Positions 1-13,500 are shown, counted from the first letter of the stretch. The stretch is 64,000 nucleotides of DNA from Octopus sinensis (GCF_006345805.1 NC_042999.1:58962001-59026000), one strand, 5' to 3'. The notes: generated by a model from the sequence alone, not told the origin. Numbers and translations: made by a program.

Positions 1-1113
1 GCGCATAACACACGAACTGACGCATGTACATACACGCAGACGACTTCCATAATCGAATTGCCAACCGCCTAACTGGCAAACCAACCAACACACTTGCGAT
101 TTCTTCTTACATTTGCTGATCTCTATTTGGCTGATTGCCGTACCAGGCAATAGATGGCACCTTTCCTATATCGCTGGATTGGCCACCTTTTCTAATGACC
201 TCACATGTCTAAAAATATTGTTATGAATGAGAGCCGAAAACGAGCTAGCTTGATTTGGCAACAAACAGAAGCATCATCCATTCTTCATTTCGACATCGTC
301 TGCTAGAACCTTGCCAAGAAAGTACAGCAGGAATTCTGACTTGTACAGACGTGAAATTTGGAATATGCGATAAATACTTAAACACACCCACCGACCCACC
401 AACTCACCCAAAAATCCCACATGCATTCACACACACACACACACATACACACACACACACATGCACACACACTCTCTCTCTCTCACACACACAAACACAC
501 TCATATACACATATATTTATACATACGCAAATTGTCGTTCAAATATTTGTCAGTACTTATATACCGAATAAGTCTCATTATTCTCACTTGGAGATATTAG
601 TTTCTGTACATCCATCAATTTTACTTGTATTAAGATCTGTTTACATATGTAAATTTAACTGTTAGCACCAATTAAATACCACAGCACTACATTTATAAAT
701 TATAGCCTTCGAGGAAGATGTTTCACACACACACACACATACACACACACACATACACACACACACACACACATACACACACATATAGACAGAGAAAGAG
801 AGAGAGGTGGGGAAGCGATAATAAATAGATAGAATGAATTTTTTAATTTAAAATCACTACAATTGGCTTCGACGCATTTATAGTGATTTTTAAGTAAAGC
901 CAGTCGTTCATCCCGTTTTCTATCGTTTATCTATTTACAAAAGCTCTACAGATACATTGGAATATCTGATTTATATCCTGTAGCGAGAACGTTTCTGCTG
1001 TATGAGGACACCAGGTAGCCAATAACTGTTGATGGGCTTTGACAGCAAACACGACAAGATTATATATACTTATATATATATATGCTCAAAATAAGCAACA
1101 AGAATGACTCCTG

Positions 1114-1206
1114 TAATTTGGTACGATCGTTTCGTACTAGATCATTTTATTAAATATTGTAAGTATTACAAAAGTTTTAAAATGCTGAGCACTCATCAGC
1201 CAATTA
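1114..1206 (-). ncRNA. Type I hammerhead ribozyme motif (left arm of fold-back)
   Basis: Minus strand reads taattgg-CTGATGA-GTGCT...AGTAC-GAAA-CGATCG-TA-ccaaatta, giving stems I and II, a palindromic stem III and a GUA triplet. Confidence 0.7.
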
Positions 1207-2256
1207 TAGAGGTTTTCCATTAATATAAAAATGTTCATATCAAGTGGCAACATTATAGAGAAGGTAGATATATAGACACAGATGTGGATTTAAATTTTAA
1301 GAACATTTGAGGTAGTGGACTAACTAAGATTCAGTTGTTCCAGACTACTGTCAAGTTCTGAGAGTGAAGAACAAATGAAAGGAGACAATAAAGATTTTCC
1401 AATTATAGAAATGGGCTAAAGGGGATGTCAGAGTTCAATATAAGGAATTTATGTAGAAAACAACATTGCCACAACTAAATGCCAATTACTACTATTTGAT
1501 GAACAGATTCAGCGTTAGTAGAACTAGGTCAATGTCAAGTGGTCATAATAACATTCACAGAGAATGCAGAGATCTTATAAACCCTATGCACATCATCACA
1601 ACAGTTAGTCTATAAGTTCCAAGTACTTTGACACGTTAGAATAAATGGAAAAATATAAATCCAAAATTTATTCAATTTGGAGAAAAAGACTATCACTTAT
1701 TATTAAAAATACTTCCCCCCCCCCAGTTAATAAGTACTATGCCTACTCATAATAAGTGATAGTCTTTTTCTCCAAATTGAATAAATTTTGGATTTTTATT
1801 TTTTCATTTATTCTAACGTGTCAAAGTACTTGGAACTTATAGACTAACTGTTGTGATGATGTGCATAGGGTTTATAAGGTCTCTGCATTCTCTTTGAATG
1901 TTTTTGTGACCACTTGACATTGACCTAGTTCTCCTAACGCTGAAATGTTCATCAAATAGTAGTAATTGGCATTTAGTTGTGACAATGTTGTTTTCTACAT
2001 AAATTCCTTATATTGAACTCTGACATCCCCTTTACCCCATTTCTATAATTAGAAAATCTTTATTGTCTCCTTTCATTTGTTCTTCACTCTCAGAACCTTA
2101 CAGTAGTCTGGAACAACTGAATCTTAGTCAGTCAGTTGATGGGCTCCACTAGCTCAAATGTTCTTAAAATTTAAATCCACATCTTTGTCTATATATCTAC
2201 CTTCTCTATAATGTTGCCACTTGATATGAAAATTTTTGTATTGATGGAAAACCTCT

Positions 2257-2350
2257 ATAATTGGCTGATGAGTGCTCAGCATTTTAAAACTGATGTAATA
2301 CTTACAACATTTAATAAAATGATGTAGTACGAAACGATCGTACCAAATTA
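2257..2350 (+). ncRNA. Type I hammerhead ribozyme motif (right arm of fold-back)
   Basis: CTGATGA at 2265-2271, stem II GTGCT 2272-2276 / AGTAC 2326-2330, GAAA 2331-2334, stem III AC-GATC-GT, GTA 2340-2342, stem I taattgg/ccaaatta with one bulge. Confidence 0.7.
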
Positions 2351-2478
2351 CCGGAGTCATTCTTGTTGCTTATTTTGATTATAATCACCGAACGGATTTT
2401 TATGGATAACACCATACAGAATTCTGGCGCATCTAAATTAAGTATCATATTCATTTGAATCTAAATTTTTGCTGTACG

Positions 2479-2540
<62 letters not shown>

Positions 2541-2545
2541 ATAAT

Positions 2546-2809
2546 CTTTTACTCTCTCTTTTACTTGTTTCAGTCATTTGACTATGGCCATGCTGGAGCA
2601 CCGCCTTAATCGAGCAAATCGATCCCAGGACATATTCTTTGTAAGCCTAGTACTTATTCTATCGGTCACTTTTGCCGAGCCGGTAGGTTACGGTGACGTA
2701 AACACACCAGCATCGGTTGTCAAGCGATGTTGGGGGGGACAAACAAGACACACAAACATATACTCACACATACATACATACATACATACATACATACATA
2801 CATACATGC

Positions 2810-2890
<81 letters not shown>

Positions 2891-2988
2891 TATATACGAC
2901 GGGCTTCTTTCAGTTTCCGTCCACCAAATCTACTCACAAGGCTTTGGTGGGTCCGAGGCTACAGTAGAAGACACTTGCCCAAGCTGCC
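2546..2988 (-). mobile_element. tRNA-derived SINE (family A, CORE-like middle, gtaaaaga tail), 5'-truncated, with internal microsatellite
   Basis: Matches the copies at 9905, 22801, 24198, 37085, 45205 and 45632 (cttgggcaagtgtcttctactgtagcc; ccagcatggcc..cagtcaaatgactgaaacaagtaaaa). Confidence 0.8.
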
Positions 2989-3091
2989 AATATATATATA
3001 TAGAGAGAGAGATAGAGAGAGAGAGAGGGAGAGGGAGGGAGAGAGAGGGAGAGAGAGAGAGGGAGAGAGAGAGAGGGAGAGAGAGAGAAAT

Positions 3092-3144
<53 letters not shown>

Positions 3145-4635
3145 AAGACGGAGATATAAATAATCACAGTGCTCGTTAGAATCTAAGCTTAACAACAAAA
3201 CTGGCTGAGTTTTTTACTGAGTTCAGAGTAAGGTAAAGCAACCATTTTTCGAGAAATGTTCGTAGTATTGTGCAGGAATGTATATATTCACACACACACA
3301 CGCGTGTACACAGACGCACACACACACATACGTATGTATTAGGGCGTATGTATTAGGCAAGCACACAAGTGAGGTATGTATACGCGCATGCGTGCACACA
3401 TTCATATATACACCCACACACGTGTACATATATACACACCCATACAATCAATATAAACTCATCGCAATTTTGAAAGCAAATTAAGTCAATGCATTTTGTG
3501 GTTGACCTTAGCCTTGTAGTCGAATGTTGAATGCAGCTAAAATCAGAATATTAAAAAATACACAGTATATATCAAAACCACGCGAAACGAATCGCCGGGA
3601 GCTTAACGAGATGGACAAATATCGACATTTAGCTGGTATTTTTCTTCATGGACGCCATATTCTCAATCGACCCTGGAAACGGATTCAAATCGCTGGCCTG
3701 AAATGTATAGAGATAGCGTAAAATATATCCCCTGGTGTTCAAGAGAGCCAAACAAATACAGCAAAATAAAAACTTTGGACTGTCTTTGAAAGGACCTTCT
3801 GTGGACGAAGTACTGCCGTTTAAAGTCGTTGAACATTAAGTATGTGATGTCGAGGATACTTTCATTATAAAACTGCTTCTTATTCAACATTTGAATTTTG
3901 TCTAACTTGTGTGATGCTGTGGCACATCAGCGGATAGACTTTACGCTATCTGTATATACTTCTGACCAGCGGCGGTAACGATCAACTGAAATGACAGTGA
4001 CATGTCTGCATCTGTCTTTTTCGTTAATCCCGTTGGCGAAATGTTTTGTCAGGTTTTGAGTGTTATGGTGCACTTTTACATCCTGTCTCTTGAAATGAAC
4101 CACCTAAAAGCGATTAATAACATATATATATTTAGTAGATGACGTCGTTAACGTTTAGATTAAAGACTTGCTTGGTGCTCAAAATTTGGATTTCGAATTA
4201 CATGTGCGGCGCAGATCAGCAGACGTCTTGAATTCGTTTCGAGAATGGATCAAATATACGGTTCTGAGAAAATATCGATATTTTTTGTTCTCGTTAACGC
4301 CTAGGGCAATTAGTTTCGCCCGTCTTTGGAGTATACAGTGCTTTTTAACACTGTGAATTTAAAAGGATCTTCCTTGGATGAAATACCCTATCTTAAAAGC
4401 GTTTAACGACACACACACATTAAGTATGTGTCATCGATAATGTTTGTAGTATAAAGCTGATCCTAACTCAGTTTGAGGACGAACATACACATATAGACAC
4501 ATGCAGACATGTATACATACATATAGATATGTACACGACAGGTTTCTTCCACTTACCCTCAATCAAAATCAATGAAATCTCGGTGCTAGGACACTTATAT
4601 ATATATAGGAAGAAAGCAACAAGAATGGATCAATT

Positions 4636-4724
4636 TTTCGGTACAATCGTTTCGTACGAAGACATCATTAATAAGGCTACAAAAATTGCAGTAAATATAG
4701 GTGACCCGTACTCATCAGCCGAAA
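4636..4724 (-). ncRNA. Type I hammerhead ribozyme motif, canonical core
   Basis: Minus strand reads tttcgg-CTGATGA-GTACG...CGTAC-GAAA-C-GATT-GTA-ccgaaa, with a perfect 6-bp stem I and 5-bp stem II. The flank aagcaacaagaatg matches the termini of the 1086-2378 fold-back. Confidence 0.8.
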
Positions 4725-5494
4725 GAACATCTGAGATCCCCAAACATCAAAGGGGGTGATATATATATATATAAAGTGGTGTACGTACACTTTGGTCTCT
4801 TGTAAGGATATATTTATCTAAATCTTGTACGACTGTCTTCTTTCTTTCTATCAGCGCTTTCACGCTTATTCGTTCATTCCACTCTTCGTTCTTTCGTGCC
4901 CCCTCTCTCACATTTCCCTGCCTTCTCCTTTTGCTCACTTTCCCTCTTCTTTTCACTTCACTGTGTCCCTGTCATTTTTTGTCCCTCCTTAATTCTTCTG
5001 TCCGTCTGCCTCTACGTCTCCGTCTTCTCTCCCCACGTGAGCAGTGTTCGGCCAGGCCTGATCTTTCTTTCTTGGTTCGGCCGTCGTTCGTGCAACATCT
5101 ATATTCCTCCCTGTGCCTGTAAAATCTTGTATCCCTGCCGTAAGGCTATATTTCCACACACGCCAGCTTAACACGCCTTTTGTTATGTCCTGCTATTTGT
5201 ATTTGTGTAATATTCTCCGTTTTTTACCGTCCTTGTTTTCGTATACATTAGCTGCTTTCTTCCAAGGAATCTAATGCTCTTAGCTTAGTTTTTCCTTGGG
5301 GCTTGCCAGAGTGGAGCAATCCCGAGTATAACCAGCCGAAATTGGAAAGATAATCTCGAACTCGACTGAGGAAAGAAAACTCCGAATGACCCGTTCTTGT
5401 TTTCATTGTATCGTCTATCTGGATGTTTTATTGTCCCTTTTTGTATCACCTACTGTCTGGATGTTTCGCGTTCTTGTCCCATTTTGCATTATAT

Positions 5495-5536
<42 letters not shown>

Positions 5537-5537
<1 letters not shown>

Positions 5538-5690
5538 CGGAGTAAGCACATACATGTGAAACAAGGTGGAAAAAATGAGTACTCAAATACCAGAGGTAGA
5601 GTAATGTGCTTTATTTAAAAGCAGCAGAGATATAACAAAGGCTGTTACTCAGAGTTTCACGTTCCCGTTCGTCGGACGGTTTTGTTAAAA
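5537..5690 (-). mobile_element. Penelope-type terminal repeat fragment with CCGACGA-core hammerhead-like fold (5633-5687)
   Basis: Reverse-complement homolog of 60277-60455. Minus strand reads aacaaaaccgt-CCGACGA-ACG-GGAA-CGT-GAAA-CTCTGAG-TA-acagcctttgtt. Abuts (TA)n. Confidence 0.6.
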
Positions 5691-6217
5691 TTGTACGAAA
5701 GTTTTAAAATTTACTTCTCGTCTATATGTATACACCAAGTGATTTTTGCATGCGAGCATGATTGCATGCATATGTATAAATATGCATATGTGTATTTATG
5801 TGTATATTTACGTCTTACATATATATGTCTGTATATGCATGTAGTCTGTGTACATACATCTGTATATTTTGATGTATATATGTATATTGATGGTTTCGTA
5901 TGCATTTATACGGTTTTAAAATATTTATGTAATGCAGCGTGAATAATTTAATTTAAATTTAAATTAAATTGTTGATGTATTAATCGTATTAATTGAATTA
6001 TATTTTTTATATAATTATTTGCAATACGTATTTTGAATCCGCTCTTCGATTTATGGTTTTCCTCAATTTTTATAATAGGGTGAATTTATATTGAATTCAT
6101 TTATTTTGTTCATTGCATGCTTAAGACCGTTAATTGAAAAGACCAAAGAAACAAATCCGTTTTTAAAGGTGTATCCTCTAACTAGTTTTGATCATATCAT
6201 TATTTCTATTCTATTTA

Positions 6218-6296
6218 AAAAAAGTGTCCGACGAACGGGAACGTGAAACTCTGAGTAGCAGCCTTTGCTATATTCCTGCTGCTTTTAAATGAAGTA
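6218..6296 (+). mobile_element. Third copy of the CCGACGA hammerhead-like repeat
   Basis: CCGACGA at 6228-6234, ACG/CGT stem, GAAA 6245-6248, GTA 6255-6257. Stem I is degenerate. Followed by (TA)n. Confidence 0.55.
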
Positions 6297-6306
6297 TATA
6301 TATATG

Positions 6307-6346
<40 letters not shown>

Positions 6347-6374
6347 ATATATATATATATATAATATATATATA

Positions 6375-6426
<52 letters not shown>

Positions 6427-6539
6427 CAAAGATCTGTCTCTTTCTATATATGCATATATATACATATTTACACACATATATGTATATAATATATATATAC
6501 ATATATATATTTATATGTACTTACATATCTCTATGTATA

Positions 6540-6574
<35 letters not shown>

Positions 6575-7335
6575 GGTAGAGAGAGAAAGAGAGGGAGAGA
6601 GAGAGAAAGAAATAGTAATAGTAATAGGAGCTGAGTACATGATTTTTCACTGGTATATCTTTTGGTCCATCGACGTAAGACAGACGAAAGACAAAAGTCG
6701 ATCTTCGCAGTATATTGAACCCAAAAGATAAAGTGCCGTCACTTAATTCTCAAAAAGATTTTTTTATTTTTTTATTTTTTTATTTTTTTATTTTTTTTGC
6801 AATCGACCAGCCTTCAATATCTTTGTATCTCATTAATATCTATGACTAGGGTCTGCTTCAAACGCCAAGAAACAACATCAAACTCAATGAAAAATACCGG
6901 TTGCACTTTCCATCTCAGTGCTCTGTTAACCGTTATAAATTCTAGCACATTAAAATTATTGGTTTGTCATAGAAAATACAAAGATTCTTACAAGCAGAGG
7001 CAGCTGTACAACCGTAAACTAAATATATGGATCAGAAATCAAACGAATGATTTTTTTTTCTTTTTCAATACGAATTTATCGAACGTTCAGCTTTTATTTT
7101 TTATATTTAGTATTATTATTTTATTATTGTTGATGTTATTATTATTATTATTGTTAGTATTGTTGCTGTTGTTGTTGTTGTTGTAAAGCCTCTCTTTTGA
7201 TTTATTGATTTCTGTAGGTCAAATTTCCGCTCTCGGCCTCATAAAATATTCTATTTGAGAACGACATAGCTATGGTATTGAAATAAAAATTTCATGTATG
7301 CATATGTGTTCCTTACACACACACACTTGCGTGTA

Positions 7336-7406
<71 letters not shown>

Positions 7407-7425
7407 ACATACACACACACATTCA

Positions 7426-7479
<54 letters not shown>

Positions 7480-7480
7480 A

Positions 7481-7511
<31 letters not shown>

Positions 7512-8350
7512 ATATAATAAATTTGCGTGTTTGTGTGCTTGCGCATGTGTCTGTACGAACGCATATATGCATGAAGTATCTATGTATGTGTGTAAATGAA
7601 TGTGTGTGTGTATGTGTGCGTATTTCGAAAGACTTTCGTCATGGCATTCACACATTCGGTGCTTTCGGTTTAATACACAAAATTTTATGGCGTAGTTCCT
7701 TGAATCTTCGTGACTTTTAAATATATTAGTTCCATCGTCGTCGTCGCTGTTGTCATTATCATCATCGTTATTGCTGTTACTTTTGTTAAGTACCTCCCAC
7801 CCGTGTTAGCTCGCAGGGAACAGACGCCAGATGAAAACTGTAACAGCCGTAAGTACCCTGATTTTTACTTAATGTGTTTTATATGTTATATAGTTTCCAA
7901 AAGAAAGTGTGATGTGTGAGACATTTGGTTGCTCTTGCCAGTTAATTGAATGCATATGTACCCAGTTATTCACGGAATCGAAATTAGCTTGATCTATATC
8001 TCGGACGCCAAGAATGGCGTAATGTTAAACAGTGAGGCAAGATACAACGAGAAATCTATTTCGAGGCTTCATAATATTGCGTCCAGATAAAATCATGTGA
8101 AGACCAAAGGTAAGAAACACAATAGTAATAGAGTCAGTGTATATATGCTAAACTCATTTGAGGTATTAAGCTCATAATTGTCAGGTCATAGGTTCGATTT
8201 TTGGAGCAGGGAACGCAAGAAATTCCACTTTACAAAATGCTTTATGTAATACAGAAAGCATCGAACATTTGTATATAACAGTGAAAGTTATTCAAAACAG
8301 GCACATGCACACACATATATATGGATTATCAATATGATATATTTAATATA

Positions 8351-8445
<95 letters not shown>

Positions 8446-9447
8446 ATGTGTGTGTGTATGTATTTTTAAAAGCTGCAATCTTGCTGTACTCCGCCCAGTA
8501 TGGACATCAAAGATAGTCAAAGTGAAATTGTTCCGGAAGTGAAAGGGAGAAATAAATATCGGCACTACAAATGTCTTTTGCTTGTGCGATCTATATGCTC
8601 ACCAGCAAAGAACTTTTCACTCCATATGTATATTTACCTCTAGTTGGACGAGTTAAGTCGTTCCGGCGGTGGAAGAGTGTGTGCCTCTGAGGAGCGCAAA
8701 TGACCGCGAAATATCGATATGTGTCATTCTCACTTCCGAAATGATTTCGTTTGCCCTGGCTTTGATGTAAACTGAGTTTTTAAACACAATAAGTTTTTAA
8801 AGAAATCTGCTTGGACGAAGTACTGCAGCATCAATCACACAGTATGCCATTGAGAATATTATGTCATACTGATAATATTTAAGCTGTATGTATTTGCACA
8901 CACATTAAAACATACATACGTATACACATGTATGTATGTATGTATGTATATATTTATGTATGTATTTATGTGTATATATATATGTGTGTAATATATATAT
9001 ATATATATATATATGTACGTATGTACGTATATGACAGCATTGTAAAGGGAATCGTTATGATACAACTCTTAATAAAGCTCCTCTACCTTTTAAATTACTG
9101 TAGCGTTTTCAGAAGCATTGTGAGAGGTTTATCATTAAAATTGATTCCGAGATATATTTTAACCATTTTAAAAAATTCAAACACTACATATCTAAAACTG
9201 CATCATTCAGTGCAGCTCTATTTATTTGTTTTCGTAAATCTGTTTGATTTCGAGGGAGTTTCTCTATTATTTTATGTAGGTTCTGCGGCGACTAATTCTG
9301 AAAAACCATTCCCTATTACGAAGAGCCAATGGAAGGGTTGCACAAGGATGTACGCTCAATAGGCGACGGGATAACATGCATGTATGTGTATGTGCGTATG
9401 CGTGCCCGTGTGCATCTCTATCTGTCTGTCAGTCTGTTGTGTGTGTG

Positions 9448-9480
<33 letters not shown>

Positions 9481-9599
9481 TTTCTCTCTCTCCCTCTCCC
9501 TCCCTCTCTCTCTCTCTATATAATATATATATATATATATGTATATATATGTTATATATTATGTATATATATATATTATAATATATATAATATATATAT

Positions 9600-9631
<32 letters not shown>

Positions 9632-9702
9632 CAGCCCAGTGTGGCTGATAAAGAGACATGTCTATATCTATATATATGTTGTATATTATATATATATATA
9701 TA

Positions 9703-9850
9703 TTTAGTTGCAATTTAGAAAACACAAAAGACGAAGACAGGTGTGTAAACCAGAAACAGGTGTATTAGTTTAACGCTCGGGAAGGTGAGAATGTCTTTTA
9801 TATTTCGAGCCTACGCTCTTCAGCAGAAAGGAACACGAGAGAATAAACAG
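9703..9850 (-). mobile_element. Dispersed repeat family with gagcgtaggctcgaaa hairpin (Penelope-terminus-like)
   Basis: Homologous to 46330-46470 (+) and 60571-60720 (-). Abuts (TA)n. Confidence 0.45.
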
Positions 9851-9904
9851 GGCACTCAATCATGGCGATGGTCGGGCAGAGTTAGTCAGGCAGGAGAGCT
9901 TATC

Positions 9905-10195
9905 CTTTTATTTGTTTCAGTCATTTGACTGCGGCCATGCTAGAGCATCACCTGTCAAGCAATGGTGGGGGACAGACGCACAGTCATACTCACACACAAC
10001 ACACACGCATATATATATATATTATATATATATATATATACGACAGGCTTCTTTCTGTTTCCGTCCACCGAATCCACTCACAAGGTTGGTCGCCCCCAGC
10101 CTATAGTAAAAGACACTCGACGAAGGTTCCACGCAGTGGGACTGAACCAGTAACCATGTGGTTGGTAAGCAATATACTTACCACACAGCCACTCC

Positions 10196-10196
<1 letters not shown>
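9905..10196 (-). mobile_element. SINE family A copy with internal deletion
   Basis: tRNA-like head (aggagtggctgtgtggtaag...ggttcagtcccactgcgtgg on minus) and the same 3' tail as the other copies. Confidence 0.8.
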
Positions 10197-10238
<42 letters not shown>

Positions 10239-10944
10239 TATATATATTATATTATATATATATATATATATACACAATTATCTATATCTTATAAATAGAA
10301 CTACATGCGTACAGACACACAAAAATATATATATGTGTGTGTGTGTGAGCTTGCGCGTGCTTATGTGTGTGTGTGCGTGCGTGAGTGCATGTGTTCGAGT
10401 GGGTCTGTATGAACTATCATGCATGATATCATTTTAAGTAATTAAGTGTTCGCATATATCTGTATACACGCACATACAAATATGTGTATACATGAGTACA
10501 TAGCTACATACATTCATGCATATATACAGAAATATATATCTACATGTTTGTGTGTATGTGTGTGTGTGTGTCTGTATGTGTGTGTGTGTGTGTATGTGCG
10601 TGTTTGTGTGTGTGTATACATATACATATGTTGAGACATACTTGTATGCAGCAACGAAAGCATTATGCATGACACTTCATAAGGAAGTCAATATCAGTGA
10701 TGGGATACGTAGGTGAAGGATATCGTATCATGCATAGTGGAGCAGAAGTTTTTTTCTTAATATTTAGATATCTACAATACTAAACAGAAAACAAGTTGTG
10801 CACTGAAAGACATCAAAAGCGTGAACTTTCCTAACAACCTCTTATGTTCTATTATTAATAGAAAATACCTACATACATAGATGTTCACTATATATGCACG
10901 TATACACATACACACATAAATATATGCATATATGTAAACTTTGC

Positions 10945-10980
<36 letters not shown>

Positions 10981-12455
10981 GTACATGTATATATATATGT
11001 AAATGTATATGTCTCTCTCTCTATATATATATATTTGTGTGTGAGTGTGTATGTACATGCACACATTTATACATTTATATAGTGAATTCCTTTTGAAGAG
11101 CGAGTAACTAGTCAGTCTTGACACCTAAAATGATGCCTTGAAAATAAAAAGAACTAACGAACTGAACGAAACGATTCTAAAAAGTGAGATTGGTGAAGAC
11201 AGAGAAAGACCGAAGAGAGAGAGAGAGAGAGAGAAAGTGAGAGAGCACGATATAGTTGCAAGGAGATAAGTAAGAAGAAAACAAAACAAAACATATTACA
11301 CAAGAATGTGAAACTCATAAACAATAATAAAACAAAAAACAACACGCCTATACTATTTATTTAAGATAGTAATCTCTCTGAGAGTTGTTATGTGTATAAA
11401 ATTTTCTTTCATCTTCGCTACGTTTCGATGTGCATCCGGAAGTCTTTCTTTAAAATACAAACATTGCACCTGATAATAATTTCAAGCAGATTTTTATCAT
11501 TTACTCACCATTCTTTTATTCCTTTCTCTTTTCCCCCTCTCTCTTTCTCTGTCTCTCTCTGTCTCTCTCTCTCTGTCTGTTTCTCTCTCTCTTTTCTCCA
11601 TCTCGCGCTCTCCTAAACTCACTTCCTCCAGCCTAGACATTTTGTTCCAACCCTCTCTTAATCTCTATTTCTCGAAGCACCAAGCACAGTCTCTTGATTC
11701 CGCTACCATCAAGTATTGTTTCCTCTTCAGTGCCTTTTTCTCTCTCTTCTCCCTCTTTATGCGCGCGCGCGCGTATGTGTGTCTGTCTGTGTATTAGCAT
11801 ATGTGTATGCGTATGTATCCGTCATTCCTGTATCAAACCAGACACACTCCTATATTCTCTCGATCTCTCTTTCTTTCTCTTACACATTTCCCCAGAATGT
11901 CACTTCTATCTTGCTCTCTCTCTTTTCCTCTCTCCCACATCCATCCATCCTCTCTCTCTCTCCCTTTCTCTACACTGTTATTCCCCAGAATGTTAGATAT
12001 CTCTCTTGCTCTTTCTCTTTTCCCCTCTCCCTCTCCCCTATCTCTCTCTTTCTCTCACACAGAGTCTTTCACCAATATCTCCTAGGACTCTCTCTCTTTC
12101 CCACGCTATCTGACTTCTGTTATATTTCTTTTTCATTCACCCGCTCCAAACCCCGAACCCCACATACTTATTTTATCTTTGTTCTCTTTCAAATACATTG
12201 CCGTGTGTTTACGGGTATCTATACCCGTAGTAAATATGCGTATGGATGTATACTTGTGAAAGAATTAGTGAGCTTACAAATGATTCTGTACGTTTGCGTG
12301 CGTTTAAATATAAATATATTTAAACATGATTTCTTTTATGTGAGCCGACATGTAAATATGTACGCATATGGTACATGATTTTATGTAAATGTGTTGCGGG
12401 TGTATATAGAATTATATGTATGCACGCACACAAGCACCCACAAACAAACACATAA

Positions 12456-12513
<58 letters not shown>

Positions 12514-12556
12514 ATGTATAAATAAACATAAACAGATACATTCACTTACATACTCA

Positions 12557-12572
12557 TATTACAATTGGGAAA

Positions 12573-12603
<31 letters not shown>

Positions 12604-12625
12604 TAAAAACAATAATAATAATAAC

Positions 12626-12678
<53 letters not shown>

Positions 12679-12990
12679 TGATGATGATGATGATAAAGCC
12701 ACATAAAAACAGGCGTGAAAGGAAAAAATACCGAGAGGCAAAACTTTATGTGTTTGTGTGTTTGTGTGCGTGTGTGTGTGTGAGTGTGTGTGTGTATGCG
12801 TGTGTATAGCGGGAGAAAGTAAGAGAGAGCAAAGAAGAGAGAAGAAGAGAGAAAGAGAGAGAGAGGAAGTAATAGGGAAGAAGAAAGTAGGAGAGAGAAA
12901 ATTTATTGATACATGTATAGAAGTATACATATGTATAAGTATATACATCCATATGTATATAAGAATTCCCCTTGCACGTTGCATTATATA

Positions 12991-13025
<35 letters not shown>

Positions 13026-13500
13026 GATATATATATATATTTATATATATAAAAGATTCTTTTTCCAATATCAGTAATAAAAAATAAATTAATAACAGCA
13101 ACAAAAACAACAACAACAACAAAACAATAATAATAATAATATAATAATAATAATAATAATATAATAAATAATAATAATAATAATAATGATGATGATGATG
13201 ATGATAAAGCCACATAAAAACAGGCGTGAAAGGAAAAAATACCGAGAGGCAAAACTTTATGTGTTGTGTGTTTGTGTGCGTGTGTGTGTGTGAGTGTGTG
13301 TGTGTATGCGTGTGTATAGCGGGAGAAAGTAAGAGAGAGCAAAGAAGAGAGAAGAAGAGAGAAAGAGAGAGAGAGGAAGTAATAGGGAAGAAGAAAGTAG
13401 GAGAGAGAAAATTTATTGATACATGTATAGAAGTATACATATGTATAAGTATATACATCCATATGTATATAAGAATTCCCCTTGCACGTTGCATTATATA

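Larger units (their letters stand above)
1086..2378. repeat. 1.3-kb fold-back (long inverted repeat) element, arms ~1086-1703 and ~1749-2378, 45-nt spacer
   Basis: Starts tcaaaataagcaacaagaatgactcc and ends ggagtcattcttgttgcttattttga. The arms are reverse-complementary throughout, roughly 95% identical by eye, with one ~13-nt indel near 2130-2145. Confidence 0.95.

Noticed and set aside
120-200. CCAAT-box promoter
   Set aside because: A single ATTGG with no supported downstream gene.
5236-5400. Hammerhead-like motifs (CTGGTTA on minus; CTGAGGA...CCGAAT on plus)
   Set aside because: The core or the GAAA is broken and the stems are unconvincing. It is probably an eroded repeat, but a ribozyme call is unsupported.
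7820-8116. Possible small host exons ending in gtaag donors (also 14681-14690 -, 53808-53815 +, 54135-54145 -)
   Set aside because: Donor-like pentamers are expected by chance, and there is no recognisable peptide or paired acceptor. RNA-seq would be needed.
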